Shown in pieces: positions 57,421-64,000 of a DNA stretch of 64,000 nt. A program made the translations under genes and the position numbers. Numbering within the stretch: the first letter of the stretch is position 1; each line of letters opens with the position of its first letter. Under the pieces are notes generated by a model. It saw only the letters and a list, made by a program, of their open reading frames with translations. It did not search any database and was not told the origin of the DNA. The DNA lies in contig CBDCRP010000003.1 in assembly GCA_965221165.1 (NCBI GenBank), forward strand, positions 64,001 to 128,000, read 5' to 3'. This DNA is from a bacterium. Its GTDB lineage: Bacteria; UBA8248.

Positions 57421-58209
57421 TTGAGCCCCGTCATATTTGAAATCGGACCATTCGCGCTTCGCTGGTACGGCCTCATGTACGTCGCCGCCGTGCTGGTCGG
57501 CGTATGGCTGGTGAACAAGGAAGTGGCGCGGAGGAAAATGCCCATCACCCAGGATGAGGTGATGAATTTCGGCCTCCTCGTCATGTTCGCAGGGATCGTG
57601 GGCGGAAGAATCTACTACGTTCTGTTCAACTGGGAATTTTACAGCAAAAACGCCTGGGAAATGCTCGCCATCTGGCATGGGGGCCTCGCCATACACGGGG
57701 GTCTCTTAGGGGGAGTGCTGGCCGGATATCTCTACATGAAAAACCGTCCCGTTTCCAAATGGGAGTTCGCCGACGCGGTGGCGCCCGCCATCATGCTCGG
57801 CCAGGTGTTCGGGCGTTTCGGAAATTTCATGAACGGCGATGCCCACGGCGTGCCGACGAGAATGCCCTGGGGCGTGGAGTTTCCCATGACCTCCATCGCG
57901 GGCAGGGAATTTCCAGGCCAGGCGACACATCCCGTGATGCTCTACGAACTGGTTTTGAACCTCTTGTGGTTTTTCATCCTGAAGAGGCTCAGGCTCACGA
58001 ACCACAAGCCGGGGTTCATATTCTGTCTTTATTTCGTCTTGTATTCACTCGGCCGCGCCGCTGTGAGCGGTTTTCGCGCGGACAGCCTCTGGTTCGGTCC
58101 GGTTCGCGCCGCCCATCTCGCAAGCGCGCTGCTCATCGTCGCCTTCGGGGCGATCATCGTGCGATGGCGAATGTGGGAGAGGGAGGGGGGGGGTGCCTGT
58201 GATCCTTGA
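57421..58209 (+). CDS. lgt: Prolipoprotein diacylglyceryl transferase
   Basis: RWYG, GGR..YV, GGLAIHGG, GRFGNFMNG, HP..LYE. TTG start after GAGG. Confidence 0.95.
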   Translation: MSPVIFEIGPFALRWYGLMYVAAVLVGVWLVNKEVARRKMPITQDEVMNFGLLVMFAGIVGGRIYYVLFNWEFYSKNAWEMLAIWHGGLAIHGGLLGGVLAGYLYMKNRPVSKWEFADAVAPAIMLGQVFGRFGNFMNGDAHGVPTRMPWGVEFPMTSIAGREFPGQATHPVMLYELVLNLLWFFILKRLRLTNHKPGFIFCLYFVLYSLGRAAVSGFRADSLWFGPVRAAHLASALLIVAFGAIIVRWRMWEREGGGACDP

Positions 58210-58295
58210 ATCGAAGATAGCCGTCATTCCGGTGTCATTTCCTGCGATGAATTTCTCCGCCGTTTGGATATTCTGAAAAACAGGGGTTCATGGTT

Positions 58296-58730
58296 GTAGG
58301 GACAGGCCCCCGCGCCTGTCCAGACGAGGGACAACCACGGGGGGTTGTCCCTACGGAACCCACGCTTTCTCGATGCATCTACCGGAATCCAGTGACTTTG
58401 CCCTTATCTTTTTGCTCTGTTCGCATTATCGTTTTTCGTGGTCATCCTGCGATGTTGTTATTTTCATCGGTTCTGGATTCTGCAATCCCTCCTCGGGGTC
58501 GTCCTTGCCCCCGTGGTTGTCCTTTTTCAAGGTGGATACGATCAGGACAGGCGCGGGGGCCTGTCCCTACGAGCAATTCTCGTTTACGGGCAGGTTTTCG
58601 TTCGCTGTTCCTCGCCGATGTTTTCTCCGGCTGCGCGGGCCGCATATATGCGGCCCCTACATTCTCATTGGCAGGCATCGACGACATGTGGGCGTACACA
58701 CCGGTGGCGAACACACATGTCCGCCCCTAC
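58296..58730. repeat. Cluster of GTAG-type REP-like palindromes (BIME/REPIN-like)
   Basis: GTAGGGACAGGCCCCCGCGCCTGTCC (58296-58321); inverted units ending CCTAC at 58328-58354, 58545-58570, 58636-58660, 58706-58730. Confidence 0.88.
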
Positions 58731-58865
58731 GAAACCCGGTAATCCCTCATTTTATTCGGAAAGATTTTCACTCGATGACGTGCTTTTATCGGGCGCTTTT
58801 GGATAAGATTGCACGGATTCCGCTATTTTCATCCAATCACTCAATGACAAACGGAGAGTACAGAC

Positions 58866-59582
58866 ATGGGATTTCGCATCGTGGATTTGTCACAAGAAAT
58901 TTTTGACGGCATGCCCGTTTATCCCGGGAATCAGAGGACGGGGGTTTTCCCCAACAAGACGCACGCCGAGACGGCCAAGGCGTATGCGAATTCGCCATCG
59001 GGCCATACCTCGACGACGAACTGCCTCATCATGAGCGACCACGGCCCCACCCACGTGGACGCCTTTTATCATATCGACAAGGACGGCGAGACTATCGACC
59101 AACTGGGCCTCGAATGGTTCTACACGGAGGCGATTTGTCTGGATTTATCCCGCTTCTGCAACACCGAGGACTGGATGGAGCCGGCGGACCTGGAAGAAGC
59201 GTGCGCGAAGGCGAACCTGGACGTGCCCGACAAGGGAACCGTTCTCATCTGGACGGGCCACTACGAGGCGAACTACGGCGGGGATTTTCATGACTGGCTC
59301 TATACGTATCCGGGCCTGAGCGAGGCGGCGATGACGTGGCTGGCGGATAAGGGCTGCATCAACGTCGGCATCGACTCGCCGAGCGTGGATTCCTCACAGG
59401 CCTTCCGGGACAAGGGCTACTGGGCGCATAAGGCGTGCCGGGAGCGGAAGGTTCTGAACGCGGAGAACCTGGCGAATCTGAAGGAAGTGGTGAACACGAA
59501 GTTCATCTTCTCCTGCCTGCCGCTCAAGATACGAGGCGGCACCGGCTCTCCCGTGCGCGCGGTGGCGATTTACCACGAGTGA
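58866..59582 (+). CDS. Cyclase family protein (kynurenine formamidase-like metal hydrolase)
   Basis: DLS, HGPTHVDAFYH, VGIDSPSVD, ENLANL, PLKI.GGTGSPVRAVA. Confidence 0.9.
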   Translation: MGFRIVDLSQEIFDGMPVYPGNQRTGVFPNKTHAETAKAYANSPSGHTSTTNCLIMSDHGPTHVDAFYHIDKDGETIDQLGLEWFYTEAICLDLSRFCNTEDWMEPADLEEACAKANLDVPDKGTVLIWTGHYEANYGGDFHDWLYTYPGLSEAAMTWLADKGCINVGIDSPSVDSSQAFRDKGYWAHKACRERKVLNAENLANLKEVVNTKFIFSCLPLKIRGGTGSPVRAVAIYHE

Positions 59583-59609
59583 TAGCGGCACGACGAGCAA
59601 GGACGAGAT

Positions 59610-59691
59610 GTAGGGACGAATCCCTCCTCGGGGTCGTCCCTACCCCCCGTGGGTATCCCTCGTAAGGACAGGCGCGGGGGCCTGTCCCTGC
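59610..59691. repeat. GTAG-type REP-like palindrome pair
   Basis: GTAGGGACGA...TCGTCCCTAC, and GGACAGGCGCGGGGGCCTGTCCCT, the same unit as at 58545. Confidence 0.85.
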
Positions 59692-59864
59692 GCGGCGAAG
59701 GCTGATGGCATCAATCGTGCGGCTGCCCGCATTTCGCGTTATCCCGAGTGCGCGGGAATCCCTGCGCGGGGGGCAGGGTCTTTCAGAGACGAGGAGAGGG
59801 GGAGAATCGTCCCCCCACCGCATGAGCCTTCGCCTGAAGACTCGGCTCCTGCGGTAACCCTCAT

Positions 59865-59923
59865 TCTTCGGTCGGGGCATTTCCTCCCTCTTCGGTCGGG
59901 GCATTTCCTCCCTCTTCGGTCGG
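59865..59923 (+). repeat. 24-bp tandem repeat, about 2.5 copies
   Basis: TCTTCGGTCGGGGCATTTCCTCCC at 59865 and 59889, partial at 59913. Confidence 0.9.
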
Positions 59924-59960
59924 AAATGACCCTCAAGGGGGGGAGTAATGAGTAATAAGC

Positions 59961-60016
59961 AAAAAAGGTGAAAAAAGGTGAAAAACAGCGAAAATACCTG
60001 AAAATAAGTGAAAATA
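59961..60016 (+). repeat. Six A-tracts with exact 10-bp period
   Basis: AAAAAAGGTG AAAAAAGGTG AAAAACAGCG AAAATACCTG AAAATAAGTG AAAATA. Confidence 0.8.
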
Positions 60017-60224
60017 TTTCTCTTTGTTTTTTAAGGAGTTAGGCTGTTTTTCGCGGAATCCGGCACACCTGGGCGCAGGCGTCATACATCACGCACGCCT
60101 ACCGATTGCGAACCCGGGTGCGAGCAGATACTATCAAGAACACGACATTGCCTTGAACACGGCCTGAAGGCTTGCAGAGGCTTTCTTTTGCCTCATGGAT
60201 AGTTTCGCGCACGAAGGGGCGAAA

Positions 60225-61400
60225 ATGGACTTCACTCTCACTCCCGAGCAGGAAAAACTCCAGAAAACGGCGCATGACTTCGCCGAGCAGGAAATTCGCC
60301 CCGTCGCCGCAGCACTGGACAAAGAACCCGACCCCATGAAGCGTTTCCCCTGGGACGCCCTGGAGAAGGGGAGCAAACTGGGCTTGAGAACCCTCGCACT
60401 TCCCAAAGAGATGGGGGGCGCGGGTTGCGACGTTCTCACGCTGTGCATCGTGGGCGAGGAAATCGCCTGGGGCGATCTGGGCACGGCCGTGACGTTCGAC
60501 CAGACCTGGAAGATCACCCATCTGTTCGAAAGACTGACGAACCAAGGGCAAAGAGAGCGTTATCTCAAATCTTTTCTCGAAGACCACTATTTCCATCTCG
60601 CCGTCGGGATGACGGAGGAATCGGGGGGAACCGACAACATCATCCCCTACGACAGCCCGGATGCAGGCGTGCGTACGACCGCCGTGCGCGACGGGGACGA
60701 TTGGATCGCCAACGGGAAGAAGCGATACATCAGCAACGGCGGAATCGCCAAGCTCTGCATCGTCGCCATGAGAACCGACACCACCAAAGGCGTATCCGAG
60801 GGGATGACGTATTTCATCATCACGCCCGATATGGAAGGTTTCCGGTACGGAAAAATTCACGACAAGATGGGACAGCGGCTTTCCCTGAACGCCGAGCTGA
60901 TTTTCGAGAATTGCAGGGTGCCGGATGAAAACCGCATCACGGAAGTGAATCGCGCCACGGAGGCGCGACGCATGTTCGTCCCGGGTTCGAACATAGAAGC
61001 CGCCGCCACCGTTCTCGGCACCGCAAGGGCAGCCTATGAAGACGCTTTGACACACGCCAGAAACCGGATTCAGGGAGGCAAGCCCATCATCGAGCATCAG
61101 GCGGTCGGCTTTATGCTCGCGGATTGTTTCGCCGAGTATGAAGCGAGCAGGCGATTGCTCCACTACGCCGCCTGGACGGCGGATCAAAAAGACCTCTACG
61201 ACCCCAAAATGGGTTTCATGACCAAATGTTTCGTGTCTGAATCCTCATACCGGATTGCCACGCGCGCATTGGAAGTCTGGGGCGGTACCGGTTACATGAC
61301 GGATGCGCCGATGGAAAAATATCTAAGAGACGTAACCAGTTTTCTGCACTCGGACGGAACGAACCAGGCCATGCGTATCCGCTCCATGAAGTTTTTATAG
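60225..61400 (+). CDS. Acyl-CoA dehydrogenase family protein (divergent)
   Basis: MDFTLTPEQ, GMTEESGGTD, NGKKRYISNG, KMGQR, VWGGTGY, DGTNQ. Confidence 0.9.
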   Translation: MDFTLTPEQEKLQKTAHDFAEQEIRPVAAALDKEPDPMKRFPWDALEKGSKLGLRTLALPKEMGGAGCDVLTLCIVGEEIAWGDLGTAVTFDQTWKITHLFERLTNQGQRERYLKSFLEDHYFHLAVGMTEESGGTDNIIPYDSPDAGVRTTAVRDGDDWIANGKKRYISNGGIAKLCIVAMRTDTTKGVSEGMTYFIITPDMEGFRYGKIHDKMGQRLSLNAELIFENCRVPDENRITEVNRATEARRMFVPGSNIEAAATVLGTARAAYEDALTHARNRIQGGKPIIEHQAVGFMLADCFAEYEASRRLLHYAAWTADQKDLYDPKMGFMTKCFVSESSYRIATRALEVWGGTGYMTDAPMEKYLRDVTSFLHSDGTNQAMRIRSMKFL

Positions 61401-61411
61401 CCGGAGATGAA

Positions 61412-62500
61412 ATGCCACAACTAAAAATACGCTCTCTCGAAGCCATTCCCCTCAAGGTACCCCTCAAGAAAACATTCCAGAGTTCCCTCGGCGTGTATAC
61501 CCATCTCGATGTCGTCGTGGTCCATCTTCACACCGAAGGCGGCCCGAGCGGCACGGGCTTTACGATGGGCCTGGGCGGGGAAGGCGGCGTTGCCATGCTG
61601 CCGTATATCGAGAAGGAATTGGCTCCACTGGCAATAGGACAAGACGCCTTGGCTCCAGAGGCGCTCTGGAACCGCATGTGGGCGCCAAACAAGTCGAGAA
61701 TGCGCGGGGGACTGGGTTTGTATTCCCTTTCCGCTGTAGATATCGCTTGTTGGGATATCGTGGCGAAAGCAGCCGGCCTGCCGCTCAATCGCCTGCTGGG
61801 TGGATTTCGCCAAAAATTGCCGGTTTACGGCAGCGGCGGCTGGCACACGCTCCCGGATTCCGAGCTACTCGAAGAAGCCCAGGAAGCCGCCTCGCTCGGC
61901 ATGAGCGGTTATAAACTGAAAATCGGCACGCCGCGCGACCGGGAACGCCTCGATTTCCTCAGAAAAAATATGGGCGAGAATTTTATTCTCTATTGCGATG
62001 CGAACCAGAACTACAACGTGCGCGAAGCGGTGGAAGTTTCATCCATGCTGGCGGAATACGGCGTTGCCTGGTTCGAAGAACCCGTGCTGGCCGATTGCGT
62101 CGACGACCTCGCGGAAGTGGCCGAGAAGAGCATGGTGCCCACCGCGGCGGGCGAGAACGCCTATATGCGTTGGGGATTCCGAGAGATATGCGAACGCCGG
62201 GCGGTAGGGTTTTTACAACCGGATGTTTGTCGCTGCGGCGGAGTGACGGAATTCATTAAAATTGCGCATCTCGCCGATGCCTTTAACATTTCGCTGAGCA
62301 GCCATTTGGCCCATGAATTGTCGGTGAGCCTCGTAGGCGCAACGCCCAGAGGCTATATGGTCGAATACATGGAATTTTTCTCGCCAGATGATCTCACCCA
62401 AGATTTCTCCGTGCGTGATGGACACATCAACGTACCTGAAGCGCCCGGGCATGGCGTGGAATTCACACCAGATGCTATTGAACGATACAAAATTTCCTGA
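61412..62500 (+). CDS. Mandelate racemase/muconate lactonizing enzyme family protein
   Basis: SAVDIACWD, KLKIG, DANQ, WFEEP, GEN, QPD, SSH, PG.GV. Confidence 0.92.
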   Translation: MPQLKIRSLEAIPLKVPLKKTFQSSLGVYTHLDVVVVHLHTEGGPSGTGFTMGLGGEGGVAMLPYIEKELAPLAIGQDALAPEALWNRMWAPNKSRMRGGLGLYSLSAVDIACWDIVAKAAGLPLNRLLGGFRQKLPVYGSGGWHTLPDSELLEEAQEAASLGMSGYKLKIGTPRDRERLDFLRKNMGENFILYCDANQNYNVREAVEVSSMLAEYGVAWFEEPVLADCVDDLAEVAEKSMVPTAAGENAYMRWGFREICERRAVGFLQPDVCRCGGVTEFIKIAHLADAFNISLSSHLAHELSVSLVGATPRGYMVEYMEFFSPDDLTQDFSVRDGHINVPEAPGHGVEFTPDAIERYKIS

Positions 62501-62534
62501 ATTTTCAAGAATCACACACCTCCAGGAGATCCGA

Positions 62535-63461
62535 ATGAAACTGCTGTCCTATAATTACAGGGGCCTTGAGAGGGTCGGCGTATATGTGGGCGACAGAATT
62601 GCCCACCTGTCGCGTCTGGCCGGAATTTTAGGCAAAAAAGAACTGGCATTCGGCAGTATGATTGAACTCATAAAAGCATGGGAAACGCATTGCGATGCGC
62701 TTCATGATTTGATCGCGCAGGCGGAAGCGAATGCCGGAGATTTGGCTCCCATTCTGATGACGCCCGAAGATGTTCATCACATATCCCCGATTCCCCATCC
62801 ACCCAAACACGTCCTTTGCATGGGACTCAACTATCAAGACCATGTGAACGAGGGTTTGCAAGCCAAGGATGTACAAACGACAAAGGTTGAACTCGACCAG
62901 CCCATCTTCTTCACAAAGGCCCAGAGCACCCTCATCGGACACAACGAAGGCATACCCGCTCACCGGGTGACGGAAAAGCTCGACTATGAAGCCGAAATAG
63001 CCGTCATCATCGGCAAAAGCGGCAAAAACATACCCCAAGATGAAGTCTACGACCACATTTTCGGCTACTGTTGCGCCAACGACATCTCCGCGAGAGATAT
63101 TCAACGGCGCCACAAACAGATTTTCAAGGGCAAGACTCTCGACGGCACATGTCCACTTGGTCCATACATCGTCCCCAAAGAGGATTATGGCGACCCGATG
63201 AACCAGACTGTAAAAAGCTGGGTAAACGGCGAAGCACGCCAGGATTCAAGCACGAACATGATGATTCATGATATTCCATCGATGATTTCGGTGCTTTCAG
63301 AAGGTTTTACCCTAGAGCCCGGCGATATCTTTTTGACAGGCACACCCTCGGGCGTAGGGTATGCGCGAGAAACGCCTTCTTTCCTTACCCCGGGCGATGT
63401 GGTGGAAGTGGAAATCGGCGGCCTGGGTCGATTACGCAACCAAATTATAGAAGCGGACTAG
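62535..63461 (+). CDS. Fumarylacetoacetate hydrolase family protein
   Basis: CMGLNY..H, FFTKA, DYEAE, NDISARD.Q, GKTLD, PGD..LTGTPSGVG. Confidence 0.93.
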   Translation: MKLLSYNYRGLERVGVYVGDRIAHLSRLAGILGKKELAFGSMIELIKAWETHCDALHDLIAQAEANAGDLAPILMTPEDVHHISPIPHPPKHVLCMGLNYQDHVNEGLQAKDVQTTKVELDQPIFFTKAQSTLIGHNEGIPAHRVTEKLDYEAEIAVIIGKSGKNIPQDEVYDHIFGYCCANDISARDIQRRHKQIFKGKTLDGTCPLGPYIVPKEDYGDPMNQTVKSWVNGEARQDSSTNMMIHDIPSMISVLSEGFTLEPGDIFLTGTPSGVGYARETPSFLTPGDVVEVEIGGLGRLRNQIIEAD

Positions 63462-63496
63462 CGAATTTTGAGCGTCATAGCTGAGGAGAATGACTG

Positions 63497-63892
63497 ATGA
63501 CCGAAGAATTTTACCCTCCTGCGATTAGGCGCGGAGATACCCAATACGGAGAAGGGTACACGGAAAAGCTATTTGGGCGCCTCAATAAGCTCGACCCTGA
63601 TTTCTCTATGCTGTTCCAGCAATTCGTACATGGGGGTTTGTATGATCGCGATGTCATCCCGCACAAGACAAGAGAGTTTTGCGCCCTGGCGGCCCTATGC
63701 GTCACTGGCCGCTTTAACCAGATGCGCTCTCATTTCACGGCAGCGAGGAGTTATGGAGCAACGGATAAGGAAATCATGGAGGTAATTTTCCAGATGTCCC
63801 CATACAGTGGAGTTCCCGCTGTCTTGGAAAGCCTCCAGGTTTTTGAGGATTGGTTGGAATCGGGCGGCGCCATGACAGGATACGGGAAATAG
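63497..63892 (+). CDS. Carboxymuconolactone decarboxylase (CMD) family protein
   Basis: GG.Y.R....KTRE, H...A...GAT..EI.E..FQ...YSG.P. Confidence 0.88.
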   Translation: MTEEFYPPAIRRGDTQYGEGYTEKLFGRLNKLDPDFSMLFQQFVHGGLYDRDVIPHKTREFCALAALCVTGRFNQMRSHFTAARSYGATDKEIMEVIFQMSPYSGVPAVLESLQVFEDWLESGGAMTGYGK

Positions 63893-63895
63893 GCG

Positions 63896-64000
63896 ATGCC
63901 CTCCCAAGTGCACCGAGACCGTGGGTTAAAAGACAAGGTCGCGCTCATCACGGGCGCCGGAGGAGGAATAGGACGTGGCATCGCCCGGTGCCTGGCGGAA
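63896..64000 (+). CDS. Short-chain dehydrogenase/reductase, N-terminus (runs off the window)
   Basis: LKDKVALITGAGGGIGRGIA (TGxxxGIG). Confidence 0.85.
   Translation, partial: MPSQVHRDRGLKDKVALITGAGGGIGRGIARCLAE

Noticed and set aside
58290-58906. ORFs across the REP cluster
   Set aside because: These are translations of repeats (VGTGPRACP) with no RBS or domain support.
59865-59923. CRISPR array
   Set aside because: The repeats are directly adjacent with no spacers, and no cas genes are present.

Overview
A 64-kb stretch of bacterial chromosome, moderately GC-rich, densely coding and mostly metabolic. I found no prophage, integrase, transposase or CRISPR array. Recognisable content: acyl-CoA dehydrogenases, meaB, cutA, a GlnA2-like glutamine synthetase preceded by a disrupted GlnR-like regulator, a coxM-coxS-coxD-coxE block lacking the molybdenum subunit, mtaB with a DUF62 SAM hydrolase, an ABC transporter, tRNA-Gly(GCC), pckA, glnE, TctABC, moeA, mobA, degP, lgt and an uncharacterised catabolic operon at the right end. 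Strongest observations: (1) two selenoprotein genes split by the ORF track (a DsbA/FrnE-like protein with U-P-W-C and a DUF3179 protein with U-P-L-C) share a hairpin whose CGUGY loop sits at exactly +21 after the UGA, a candidate lineage-specific SECIS element; (2) a FadR-regulated three-subunit enzyme of the oxalate oxidoreductase clade that lacks the CoA P-loop and appears to lack the oxalate-activating Asp; (3) a lipoprotein cassette bracketed by a duplicated, diverged 3' end of a GNAT gene; (4) several REP-like palindrome families, one nested inside another. Many housekeeping genes carry single-base indels, most likely assembly errors. All family calls come from motif recognition by eye; no database search was run.
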